64,000 bases of DNA from Synechococcales cyanobacterium VAR_4_metabat_354. Its GTDB lineage: Bacteria; Cyanobacteriota; Cyanobacteriia; Cyanobacteriales; Chamaesiphonaceae. A program made the position numbers and the translations under genes. Positions 19,261-30,267 of the stretch are shown here, piece by piece. The notes below the pieces were generated by a model. It saw only the letters and a program-made list of their open reading frames with translations, ran no database searches and had not been told where the DNA came from. The DNA lies in the NCBI GenBank assembly GCA_031414775.1, contig JANOQI010000031.1, positions 64,001-128,000 on the forward strand. Reading direction: 5' to 3'. Each line of letters begins with the position of its first letter. The stretch's first letter is position 1.

Positions 19261-20802
19261 ATGACAGACTCGTCTTTTCTGCCAGCTGGTACCATCCTCG
19301 AAAACAATTACCAAATCATCAAAGAGTTAGGCCAAGGCGGTTTTGCCCGTACTTATTTGGCAACCAACCTGCGCCGTTTCCAAGAAAACTGCGTCCTGAA
19401 GGAGTTTGCGCCCCAAATAGCTGACAGCCAAGTGGGTAAAGCCACCGAGATGTTTGAACGGGAAGCTAGCATTATGTATAAGCTGGAACATGACCAGATT
19501 CCAAAGTTTCGAGAACAGTTTAAGGCGCGGACCGCGACTGGCGAATCCTTATTTATTGTTCAAGACTATATTGAAGGGGATAATTACTGGCAATTGATTC
19601 AGAATCGCGGCCAGCTTTTTTCCGAAGCCGAGATCGCCACATTTTTCCGGCAAATCTTGCCAGTTCTAGAATATGTCCACCAGTTGGGCGTGGTGCATCG
19701 CGATATTTCTCCTGACAACATTATTTGTCGGCAGTCAGATGCTCTGCCAGTGCTAATTGATTTTGGGGCGGTGAAAGAGGCGGCGGCCAAATATAGCCAT
19801 GTGACTGGGACAGCGGTGGGTAAGGTCGGATTCGCCCCAGACGAACAAATGCGGCGTGGTCAGGTGTCACCGGCTAGCGATCTCTATGCCCTAGCAGCGA
19901 CGGCTTTAGTATTAATGACTGGTTTGGAACCACATCAACTTTACGATATTCGTACTGCCAACTGGGAATGGGAAAGAAAAGTTAGTGCCCATCCCGATTT
20001 TGCCCAAGTGATCAATAAAATGTTGGCTTATCGATCGAAAGACCGTTATCAGTCTGCTGCTGAGGTGTTAGCGGCATTGCCGCCAGATAAAAACCTCAGC
20101 AAGCAATCAACATTACTGTCTAGCGCGGCACCAGCCCAGAACTTAATGTCTCGCTTAAAAACCTTGATTGTCTCGCCCAAAGCAGCCATCAGCCAAGTTG
20201 TCACCCAATTTAAACCAACACAGGTGGTAAAAACAGAGGCCGATTGGCAGAAGCCAGTTTGGGCGGTGTCTAAATTCATGGGTACGATCTTCTTAGGAAC
20301 TTGGGCAGTGACAGCTGGCCTGAAATGGCTACAAAATGCTGACTTGCTGGCAACTGCCCCAAAGCCTGCCGCTACTACCAAGTCCTTTGACCCGCTGAAA
20401 TTGATCGGAGATAACATGCCCAAGTCTTTCGATCCAATGAAATCGATTAATGATGCCATTCCTAAAGATTTTGATCCGCTGAAGTCGTTTAATAACGCGA
20501 TTCCCAAAAATTTCGACCCCATGAAGTCGGTCAATGATGCGATAGCTGGATTAATGCCCAACTCTATTTCTAAACCTGCTGCGCCAGTTGCTGCCCAACA
20601 GATTCAAGCCAAGCGCAAAGCTGTCCAAAAACAGCTCAAAGATTCTGGGAAAAACGCCGATCAGTTTTATAAACAGATCGATCGAACCTTTTACCAAAAA
20701 CATCCCGAGCTAAAAAATCGTCAACTCCAACCAGGCAAAGTCGATAGTGCGTTGCGCGATGAATGGTGGTCGATCGCCCAGCAGCAGATTCAAGAAAAGT
20801 AA
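19261..20802 (+). CDS. Hanks-type Ser/Thr protein kinase with one TM segment and a repeat-containing C-terminal region
   Basis: LGQGGFARTY, CVLKEF, HRDISPDN, LIDFG, SDLYAL. Confidence 0.95.
   Translation: MTDSSFLPAGTILENNYQIIKELGQGGFARTYLATNLRRFQENCVLKEFAPQIADSQVGKATEMFEREASIMYKLEHDQIPKFREQFKARTATGESLFIVQDYIEGDNYWQLIQNRGQLFSEAEIATFFRQILPVLEYVHQLGVVHRDISPDNIICRQSDALPVLIDFGAVKEAAAKYSHVTGTAVGKVGFAPDEQMRRGQVSPASDLYALAATALVLMTGLEPHQLYDIRTANWEWERKVSAHPDFAQVINKMLAYRSKDRYQSAAEVLAALPPDKNLSKQSTLLSSAAPAQNLMSRLKTLIVSPKAAISQVVTQFKPTQVVKTEADWQKPVWAVSKFMGTIFLGTWAVTAGLKWLQNADLLATAPKPAATTKSFDPLKLIGDNMPKSFDPMKSINDAIPKDFDPLKSFNNAIPKNFDPMKSVNDAIAGLMPNSISKPAAPVAAQQIQAKRKAVQKQLKDSGKNADQFYKQIDRTFYQKHPELKNRQLQPGKVDSALRDEWWSIAQQQIQEK
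20380..20547 (+). repeat. Four tandem 42-bp (14-aa) coding repeats
   Basis: KSFDPLKLIGDNMP / KSFDPMKSINDAIP / KDFDPLKSFNNAIP / KNFDPMKSVNDAIA. Confidence 0.9.
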
Positions 20803-21084
20803 AAACCCTGTAACCTAGATGTTTCCGGGCAGGTCCGCTGTTTGGATCATCAGCTTCTGGTGCCGCTCAAGTCAATTGTTGCCTTCACGAGAAACTCACA
20901 ATTTAGAATTAAAATCGAGTTTATTAATCCGGGTTACAGCAATGATTAATTAATATACACACATACAGTTATTGGTGGTTTACCTTCTTCGGCAGTAGTG
21001 AGAACTGTGGTAGTGTCTCTACTCATCAATCTCATAGTTAGGAATAGTCTAACTAATGATGAATTCAAGTAAGGAGCTGGGCAA

Positions 21085-21630
21085 ATGTTATTTAATCATG
21101 AGGGTCAGCGTGTTCCTCAAGTAACTTTTCCGATGTTTATACGGATGTTCGGAGAGGTATGTTGGTACAATCTTTCGACAGCAGATCTTTTTGAACACAA
21201 AACTGTGGTGGTGTTTACGGTGTCAGGAGCCTTTACTCCGTATTCTCATATGCAACTATTAGGCTACAACGATTATGCCGAGGTATTTCGAGCAAATGGA
21301 GTTGATGAGATTCTTTGCGTCTCGGTAAATGATCCGTTTTTGCTGGCAAGTTGGGCTCAAGAAGAAAGAGCCGATCAGGTGCGCTTTATCCCCGATGTCA
21401 ATGGTGACTTTACCGGCGAGTTGGGTATGATGGTGAACCTCTGTGATCGAGGGATGGGGCAACGCTCTTGGCGGTATTCCATGCTAGTGAAGGATGAGGT
21501 AATTGAAAAAATGTTTATAGAACGAGATGGCTTTGAAGTGATGCCCATGGTTGCTAATGCCGAGGCAATGTTGAACTACATCAATACATCCAGCCAGAGG
21601 CCAAAAACCCCTAGCCGACCACTATGTTGA
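21085..21630 (+). CDS. Type II (Prx5-like) peroxiredoxin homolog lacking the peroxidatic Cys
   Basis: EGQRVPQVTF, GAFTP, CVSVND.F, PD.NG.FT..LGM, RSWRYSMLV.D..IEKMFIE; GAFTPTCS replaced by GAFTPYSH; RBS AAGGAG. Confidence 0.85.
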   Translation: MLFNHEGQRVPQVTFPMFIRMFGEVCWYNLSTADLFEHKTVVVFTVSGAFTPYSHMQLLGYNDYAEVFRANGVDEILCVSVNDPFLLASWAQEERADQVRFIPDVNGDFTGELGMMVNLCDRGMGQRSWRYSMLVKDEVIEKMFIERDGFEVMPMVANAEAMLNYINTSSQRPKTPSRPLC

Positions 21631-21707
21631 TACAAATGTAGCGGAGGGTACTTGCTGCCGAAAAAAAGGTGGCACAAAAAAGGAAAATACACCACAAAAA
21701 ACGATAG

Positions 21708-23924
<2,217 letters not shown>

Positions 23925-23942
23925 TCTCAGCTTCACATCCTG

Positions 23943-23979
23943 AACCTGGGTATGGGGGTAGAAACCTCATACCCAGGTT
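23943..23979. terminator. Long hairpin between convergent katG and the ParA-like gene
   Basis: AACCTGGGTATGGGGG...CCTCATACCCAGGTT inverted repeat. Confidence 0.7.
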
Positions 23980-24006
23980 GTTTGAACCTTCTATTATGAT
24001 ATCCAG

Positions 24007-24594
24007 CTAAGGCAATATCTCCTTACCCACAGCAGCATATTGTGCCCAACCCTGCGCCGAACGCGGATCACTGTAATCCTGAACCAACACCCCCCGACTA
24101 GGCGATCGCTCAAAGGCCACCAAACGCGGAATATCATTAGTAAACATCGGCATCTTCGCTTCTTCTAAAAACTCGCGACCACTGCGGCCATTGCGGGTGC
24201 GCGGATCAACCTGCGTCAGTAATACCTTGAACTTGGCTTGCCAAGAAGTCAGCAGCTCCGCCGCTTTAATCGTCGCATCTAAATCCAGATGATTAGGTGT
24301 AGTTGGCAGAATAATTAGATCGCTGCTGCTAGTTAGATCTTTCAGTTCTTCGGGTTCAGGCCGAGCCTGGGTATCCACTACAATATGCTTGTAGTTTTGA
24401 ATAATAGCAGTGGCGGCAGCTTGAGAAGATACCATGAACGGCAATTTATCTTCTCGCGACCACACCAAGGCTGATCGATTCTTGTCGGCATCTACCAAAA
24501 GCGTTGCGGCTTTACCCTGGAAATAAGCAGCCAAATGCACCGCCGTCGTAGTTTTACCCACGCCCCCCTTCAAAGCTGTAATCGTAATAATCAT
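24007..24594 (-). CDS. Short ParA/MinD-family ATPase (no parB nearby)
   Basis: KGGVGKTT deviant Walker A, LLVDAD, VVDT. Confidence 0.92.
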   Translation of the reverse strand: MIITITALKGGVGKTTTAVHLAAYFQGKAATLLVDADKNRSALVWSREDKLPFMVSSQAAATAIIQNYKHIVVDTQARPEPEELKDLTSSSDLIILPTTPNHLDLDATIKAAELLTSWQAKFKVLLTQVDPRTRNGRSGREFLEEAKMPMFTNDIPRLVAFERSPSRGVLVQDYSDPRSAQGWAQYAAVGKEILP

Positions 24595-24717
24595 AGGATT
24601 AAGTTTTAGGATTGCTCACCAGTTCAACATGAGCTATGTTGAGCTGTAGTGTAGCGAGTTGTCGGTAGCAATCAAACAAATCTTAATCAACAGCAATATT
24701 TTTCCAACAGTTTTTTG

Positions 24718-25365
24718 CTACCAACTCTGCTGATGCATATCTATATAACCTTTGCCCCGCAATAAGCCACTGCTGGCTCCTGGCAAAATGTAGTGCAGTC
24801 GATCGATCGGAAACTGCTCTTTTAATCTAGCCACCTGGCGTTGTTGACGCGGCCAATGGAATGTTTTAGAAGATTTGAGTGGTACTGGGGTCATAGTTTG
24901 ATCGGGGAGCAAGTGCCGACCAGTAAACAGCACCCCTCCATGAGCACCGTAGTATAAGCAAGCCGATCCGGGGGAATGTCCAGGAGTCCAAATCAATTGG
25001 ATATCCTCAGTCAAGGCCAAATTTTGATGATAGGTAGTAGCCGAGGTATCTGGTAATAGATAGGCTTCTTGCTCTTGGATAATGACAGCACATTCTAAAT
25101 GTTTAGCGATCGTGGCCGTTTGTCCCAATCCACCTCGATGGGTAACAGCCAGCCACTTGACACCACCCTGACTAGCCATAAAATCATAATTTACGCTGTG
25201 CCAAGCGGGAGCATCGACCAAGATATTCCCAGCTTTGTTTACAATAAGGTAAGCGGTGCCGCCGAGCGTGTCGCGATTCGGCGCAAAAGCGAAAATATCA
25301 GTTAACACTAGATGAGGTGGTTTGGCGGTTGCAACTGTTTCCGGCAAAGGGTTAGAAGTAAACAT
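24718..25365 (-). CDS. MBL-fold metallo-hydrolase family protein
   Basis: FAFAPNRDTLGGTAY, WTPGHSPGS.C, LFTGRHLL; start uncertain. Confidence 0.85.
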   Translation of the reverse strand: MFTSNPLPETVATAKPPHLVLTDIFAFAPNRDTLGGTAYLIVNKAGNILVDAPAWHSVNYDFMASQGGVKWLAVTHRGGLGQTATIAKHLECAVIIQEQEAYLLPDTSATTYHQNLALTEDIQLIWTPGHSPGSACLYYGAHGGVLFTGRHLLPDQTMTPVPLKSSKTFHWPRQQRQVARLKEQFPIDRLHYILPGASSGLLRGKGYIDMHQQSW

Positions 25366-25422
25366 ATAGAATTTAGCATCGGCAGCGATATCATCGTGGC
25401 CATGCAAGGGGAATGTTAGGGC

Positions 25423-26919
25423 ATGGAACTTTGGTTGGTACTGATCTTATCAGGACTGTTTGGATATTGGGCTGTTGGTCGTCATGTCGATCGATCTAAC
25501 CCCCAATCTTTTTGGCTGCTGTGGTTGGTGCTCATGGCTCCGCCGCTGTTCACCGTTGGCAGCGTGCTATTAACGAAACAGCCCACAGCTCCAATCTGGA
25601 CAATATTAGTATGGGTGATCAGTTTTGTTTTGTATGGGCGAATTATCCAGCGGCTACCAGCCACCCCTCAACCGGTGTCACCTCTCACCGAACCTCCGGA
25701 TGCAAGTGCCCCCAGCACAGATCCGATAGTCGCTCCCACCAACCTGCGCCCGATCAATTCGGCGGAAGAAGTCCTCTTACGACAATGTTTTCCCTGGTCA
25801 ACTTATTTCCTAGAAAAGATTGAATATCGCGCTCAAGCAGTAGTCTGTCGGGGAAAGTTGCGTTTGGATGCCGATCAGGCTTATCAAACCATCAAATCCA
25901 ACATAGCTGAACATTTTGGAGATCGGTTTTTTGTCATCTTTCAAGCCGGTGTGAATGAGCAACCCTTCTTTGCGCTGGTGCCCAATACTTTGAGCACTAT
26001 TGCTCAAAAACGCCCTGTTCTGATCAATTATCTCATGGCCTTTGGGAGCGTGGTCTTAGCCGGAATTACCACCAGTCAAATTGGAGCATTACTCTCCGGG
26101 GTCACCATCGCGGAGCTACGCAACAATGGAGCCTTAGCTATTCAAGGTTGGTCTTATGCCCTGACTATCTTGGCCATTTTGGGGATGAAGGATATCAGTC
26201 GCTACCTGGTTTCTCGCTTTTATCAAATCACGACTGGCCTATTTTATTTTGTACCGTTGCCTTTTTTCCCCGGCACCTGCGGTACCTTTATGCAAATGCG
26301 ATCGCCCATCCCCCATCGGCGCGCCCTCTTCGATTTAGGCTTTTTCTCATCAATGCTGAGCCTGCTAGTTGCGCTACCGCTCTGCTGGTGGGGTCTACAA
26401 CATTCCACTGTGGTGTCTCTGTCGGCCAAGTCTGGAATGCTCAACTTTGCTTCCTTTGATCCCCGGTTTTCGCTGCTGCTTAGCGGTATTAGCAAACTAG
26501 CCCTAGGAAAGGATTTTGGCATAGATACAGCTATCCAACTTCATCCGGTGGCGATCGCCGCTTATCTAGGATTTTTAATTACTGCCATTAATTTATTACC
26601 CTTTAAACGTTTTGATGGGGGTTACTTGGTTCATGCCATGTTTGGTCTACGGGGCAGTGTGATTATTGGTCAAATCACCAAAATCCTGCTGATGATTCTA
26701 GTATTTATTCAATATCGTCTCTCTAATGCTGATGGCTATTCATTATTGGCCTTATTTGTGGTCTTCTTAATATTTTTCCCGACCATTGGCGATCCCACTC
26801 TCAACGATGTTTCGGAGTTGGATAACCGGCGCGATCTATGGGGAATGCTACTGCTAGCAGTGGCTGTGGCGATTTTCTTGCCAGCGCGGGGCTTGATCTC
26901 CAACCTCTTACAGATATAA
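25423..26919 (+). CDS. Site-2 protease (M50, EGY/Slr0643-like) homolog lacking HExxH
   Basis: LRQCFPW, CRGKLR, MRSPIPHRRALFD, LHPVAIA, NLLP...DGG..VHAMFG, LNDVSELD; KDISR at the HExxH position. Confidence 0.88.
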   Translation: MELWLVLILSGLFGYWAVGRHVDRSNPQSFWLLWLVLMAPPLFTVGSVLLTKQPTAPIWTILVWVISFVLYGRIIQRLPATPQPVSPLTEPPDASAPSTDPIVAPTNLRPINSAEEVLLRQCFPWSTYFLEKIEYRAQAVVCRGKLRLDADQAYQTIKSNIAEHFGDRFFVIFQAGVNEQPFFALVPNTLSTIAQKRPVLINYLMAFGSVVLAGITTSQIGALLSGVTIAELRNNGALAIQGWSYALTILAILGMKDISRYLVSRFYQITTGLFYFVPLPFFPGTCGTFMQMRSPIPHRRALFDLGFFSSMLSLLVALPLCWWGLQHSTVVSLSAKSGMLNFASFDPRFSLLLSGISKLALGKDFGIDTAIQLHPVAIAAYLGFLITAINLLPFKRFDGGYLVHAMFGLRGSVIIGQITKILLMILVFIQYRLSNADGYSLLALFVVFLIFFPTIGDPTLNDVSELDNRRDLWGMLLLAVAVAIFLPARGLISNLLQI

Positions 26920-27129
26920 GCAAGTTGTTTGTCAAGAAACCATGACACAAAGAACTGTCGATCGACTGTAATTCGTCAAAAGCCATAGATTATCAGGATT
27001 TGGGGGTTGCTCCCAGATCAAGGATCAAGCTATACATGGACACATACCCCGAAACCAAGCAAATATTACAAATATTTAGGTTTCATCACAGCTCAAGATG
27101 ACAAGCCTTGTTATCTGCGGAGGAATAAT

Positions 27130-28401
27130 ATGTCCACAGAAAATACCCCACTAGAGGAAATGACTCTTAGACAACTTCGTCGAGTTGCTAGCAGTTATAG
27201 TATTTCTCGTTATAGCCGGATGCGTAAAGCACAGCTTCTAGAAGAGATTCAAAAAATCGAGCGCAGCCAAGCCGCCGATAGCAATGGCAATAAAATTTCA
27301 GCAAACAATCTTTCAGTAACCTTGGAGGCATCACGAACAGTGGAAGCAGGCAAATTTGAACTAGAACTACCGATTCCAGCTAACACTATGGAAGATTTGG
27401 CTACTGCTGATGACGGCTTAGGTGAAATTCCTGGTGGATATGGTGAAGACCGCATTGTTCTACTTCCTCGCGATCCACAGTGGGCTTATGCCTATTGGGA
27501 TATCACCAACGAGCGCAAAGAAGCACTACGCACTCAAGGCGGTCAACAGTTAGCCCTTCGTCTTTATGATGTCACCGACATCAATATGGAGTACCAAAGC
27601 CCCCACAGCATCCAGGAATATCCCTTGGATGAAATGGCGCGAGAATGGTATTTATCTATTCCAGTGAGCGATCGAGAATACCTCTTAGATATTGGTTATC
27701 GCTGTGCCGATGGTCGGTGGTTGGTAATAGCCCGCTCGGCGGAGATTCGGATTCCGCCCGTCTATCCTTCGGACTGGCTCGAAGACCACTTCTTGACGAT
27801 CGGTTGGCAAGAAGAACTGAAAGGTAAAACCTTTATCAAACTGGTACCCCCCAGCCAAAAACCAGCGTCTACAACTGTTAGCTCTACCACGGCCACTGAT
27901 GCTGAAGGTAACCCGATTTATGAACAGATCTTTGGTTTAGCCGAGTCCGTAGAAGCCATGCGAATTGCTGGTTCACTCTATGGCTCCATGCAGCAGTCGC
28001 CGACTGAATCACTCAGCTCCTTCGTTTTCCCTTCTGGTATTGGGGCTTGGGCTTTGCCAACGGCCTCTGGAGTGAATATGTCGGGTGTTGGCATGTCGGG
28101 CATTGGTTTAGAAGCTCATCAGCCCCGCCAGTTCTGGTTGGTAGCTGATGCTGAGCTAATTGTTTATGGTGCCACCGAGCCAGATGCCGCTGTCTTTATT
28201 GGCAATCGGCAAATCAAACTGAATCCTGATGGTACTTTCCGTTTCCATATGTCTTTCCAAGATGGTCTAATTGACTATCCGATCGTAGCAGTAGCGGCTG
28301 ATGGCGAGCAACAACGTTCTGTTCATATGAAGTTTGAGCGGGAAACACCGGCTCGCAACACCAATACTAAGGAAGAAGCCGTTCAAGAATGGTTTGCTTA
28401 G
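27130..28401 (+). CDS. Rho-N / DUF4912 domain protein
   Basis: LEEMTLRQLRRVA..ISRYSRMRK, IVLLPRDPQWAYAYWD, FWLVADAELIVYGATEP; RBS GGAGG. Confidence 0.9.
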   Translation: MSTENTPLEEMTLRQLRRVASSYSISRYSRMRKAQLLEEIQKIERSQAADSNGNKISANNLSVTLEASRTVEAGKFELELPIPANTMEDLATADDGLGEIPGGYGEDRIVLLPRDPQWAYAYWDITNERKEALRTQGGQQLALRLYDVTDINMEYQSPHSIQEYPLDEMAREWYLSIPVSDREYLLDIGYRCADGRWLVIARSAEIRIPPVYPSDWLEDHFLTIGWQEELKGKTFIKLVPPSQKPASTTVSSTTATDAEGNPIYEQIFGLAESVEAMRIAGSLYGSMQQSPTESLSSFVFPSGIGAWALPTASGVNMSGVGMSGIGLEAHQPRQFWLVADAELIVYGATEPDAAVFIGNRQIKLNPDGTFRFHMSFQDGLIDYPIVAVAADGEQQRSVHMKFERETPARNTNTKEEAVQEWFA

Positions 28402-28432
28402 GATTTAGGTAATTTTTCGGCAATCAACCTTC

Positions 28433-28459
28433 AAGACCCACATTAGCTGGGTCTTTTTT
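28433..28459 (+). terminator. Intrinsic terminator
   Basis: AAGACCCA/TGGGTCTT stem followed by a T run. Confidence 0.75.
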
Positions 28460-28632
28460 GTCGGCACGTCGTCCGATTGAATCAGAAATTATGGTAAGTT
28501 CACAAAGGCACAATTAATTTTGTATCACCGACTGCTTTATTGAAGTGTGGAGATCTTGTTTGCTGCGGGGCACTTAAGGTATTCAAGTCCTAGGGAAAGC
28601 AGCGATCGACAATTACTTCAGGTTTGGACTTA

Positions 28633-29745
28633 ATGAAACAGGTAGTGGTAACTTTTGCGAAGAGCGTTGGATTTAAAAAAGAACTAAACCGACGAGTTGA
28701 GAATTATTTTCAATCAAATCAGATTAAGCCCCGCGATAATCTGTCGATGTACCTGAAAAGCTTAATAATTATCACTTGGCTCCTGTCAGCCTGGACTTTT
28801 ACAGTATTCGCACCAGTGCCTTTAGTGATCAGAGCGCTCGGTTGCGTAGTCGTAGGACTCGCGATCGGAGCAGTAGGAATGAGTGTTGGCCATGATGCCA
28901 ATCATGGTGGTTATTCTCGCTATCATCGCCTCAATCGATTAATTGGGTTAAGTTACGACGTAATTGGCTTATCTAGCTATCTGTGGCGGTTTCGCCATAA
29001 CTTCTTACACCATACCTATACAAATGTTCTGAACCATGATGTAGAAATTCATGGCGATGGCTTAGTCCGATTGGCTCCAGATATGGAGCATATTTGGTAC
29101 CACAAATTCCAACACATCTTTATTTGGTTTGTCTATCCGGTTATTCCCTTCTATTGGTCTTTCAGCGATCTTAAAATTGCTTTGTTTGAGCGTAAATATC
29201 ACGATCATCAAGTACCCAAACTATCTTCTTCAGAAACACTCACCCTCGTTGGCTTGAAGTTGTTAGGAGTGGCTTGGTTACTGGGAATTCCGATCTATGT
29301 CGGATACTCACCACTGGTGGCATTTTTGGGCTATTCGATCGCCTATATGACTTATGGCCTAGTGATTTGTGTGGTGTTCATGTTGGCACATGTACTAGAG
29401 CCAGCCGAGTTCATTACACCGCATCCCGGCTCTCAGCATATTGATGACGAATGGGCCATTTTTCAGGTTAGAACCACCGTTGATTTCGCCCCCAGCAATC
29501 CCGTTTTGAATTGGTATGTCGGTGGTCTCAACTATCAAACTGTTCATCACCTGTTTCCCCATGTTTGTCATATCCATTACCCGCAACTCGCGCCAATTTT
29601 GGCCGATGTCTGTGAGGAATTTGGCGTTAGATACAATGTCTATCCGACTTTTCGAGGTGCTCTGGTAGCCAACTACCGGTGGCTAAAAATGATGGGGCAA
29701 AAACTCGATCATCAGCACTACCGGCAGCCCCTGGGTGGTCAGTAG
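28633..29745 (+). CDS. desD: Acyl-lipid delta-6 desaturase
   Basis: His boxes HDANH, HNFLHH, QTVHHLFP; RDN.SMYLK and HDVEIHGDG as in DesD. Confidence 0.85.
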   Translation: MKQVVVTFAKSVGFKKELNRRVENYFQSNQIKPRDNLSMYLKSLIIITWLLSAWTFTVFAPVPLVIRALGCVVVGLAIGAVGMSVGHDANHGGYSRYHRLNRLIGLSYDVIGLSSYLWRFRHNFLHHTYTNVLNHDVEIHGDGLVRLAPDMEHIWYHKFQHIFIWFVYPVIPFYWSFSDLKIALFERKYHDHQVPKLSSSETLTLVGLKLLGVAWLLGIPIYVGYSPLVAFLGYSIAYMTYGLVICVVFMLAHVLEPAEFITPHPGSQHIDDEWAIFQVRTTVDFAPSNPVLNWYVGGLNYQTVHHLFPHVCHIHYPQLAPILADVCEEFGVRYNVYPTFRGALVANYRWLKMMGQKLDHQHYRQPLGGQ

Positions 29746-29755
29746 CTGAGCCTCA

Positions 29756-29771
29756 GTTCGGGAACCCGTAC
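29756..29771 (+). promoter_or_regulatory. K-box enhancer of groESL
   Basis: GTTCGG-GAAC-CCGTAC fits GTTCGG-NNAN-CCNNAC. Confidence 0.85.
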
Positions 29772-29810
29772 TCAGCCCTTCCTTGCTCCAACGTCGCTCT
29801 GTCCGCTAAA

Positions 29811-29837
29811 TTAGCACTCAGAAGTCCCGAGTGCTAA
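29811..29837 (+). promoter_or_regulatory. CIRCE element (HrcA operator)
   Basis: Perfect TTAGCACTC-N9-GAGTGCTAA overlapping a TAAATT -10 box. Confidence 0.97.
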
Positions 29838-29846
29838 TTAATTTTT

Positions 29847-30158
29847 ATGGCTGCAATTTCTTTAAGCGTTTCCACAGTAAAACCCCTAGGCGATCGAGTA
29901 TTTATCAAAGTCAGTGCTTCTGAAGAGAAGACAGCTGGCGGCATCCTATTGCCTGATACCGCCAAGGAAAAGCCCCAAATCGGCGAAGTCGCCCAAGTTG
30001 GTCCTGGCAAAATCAATGATGCTGGTGTCCGTCAAGTATGTGATGTCAAAATTGGTGACAAGGTACTGTACTCCAAGTACGCTGGTACTGATATCAAGCT
30101 GGGTAGTGAAGAGTACGTCTTGCTTTCCGAGAAAGACATCCTAGCGGTTGTCGGCTAA
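29847..30158 (+). CDS. groES: Co-chaperonin GroES
   Basis: [32 protein letters not shown]. Confidence 0.99.
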   Translation: MAAISLSVSTVKPLGDRVFIKVSASEEKTAGGILLPDTAKEKPQIGEVAQVGPGKINDAGVRQVCDVKIGDKVLYSKYAGTDIKLGSEEYVLLSEKDILAVVG

Positions 30159-30267
30159 CTAAAGTGGCAACTAGAGTGTTGCTCACAGTTCATCACTACG
30201 GAACGATGAGTGGCACTTCTTTTATTAATAACGTTACTTATAACTTATAACCTCCCAGAGAATCATC

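Noticed and set aside
20380..20547. Regularly spaced repeats suggestive of CRISPR
   Set aside because: Contiguous in-frame coding repeats without spacers; no cas genes
21238..21246. Selenocysteine at the Prx active site
   Set aside because: The codon is TAT, not an in-frame TGA
24007..24594. ParA as a sign of a plasmid or prophage
   Set aside because: No parB, replication or phage genes; orphan short ParA proteins are common on cyanobacterial chromosomes
24718..25365. MBL protein lacking HxHxDH (has THRGG) as another pseudoenzyme
   Set aside because: As I recall, this degenerate motif is normal for the cyanobacterial subfamily
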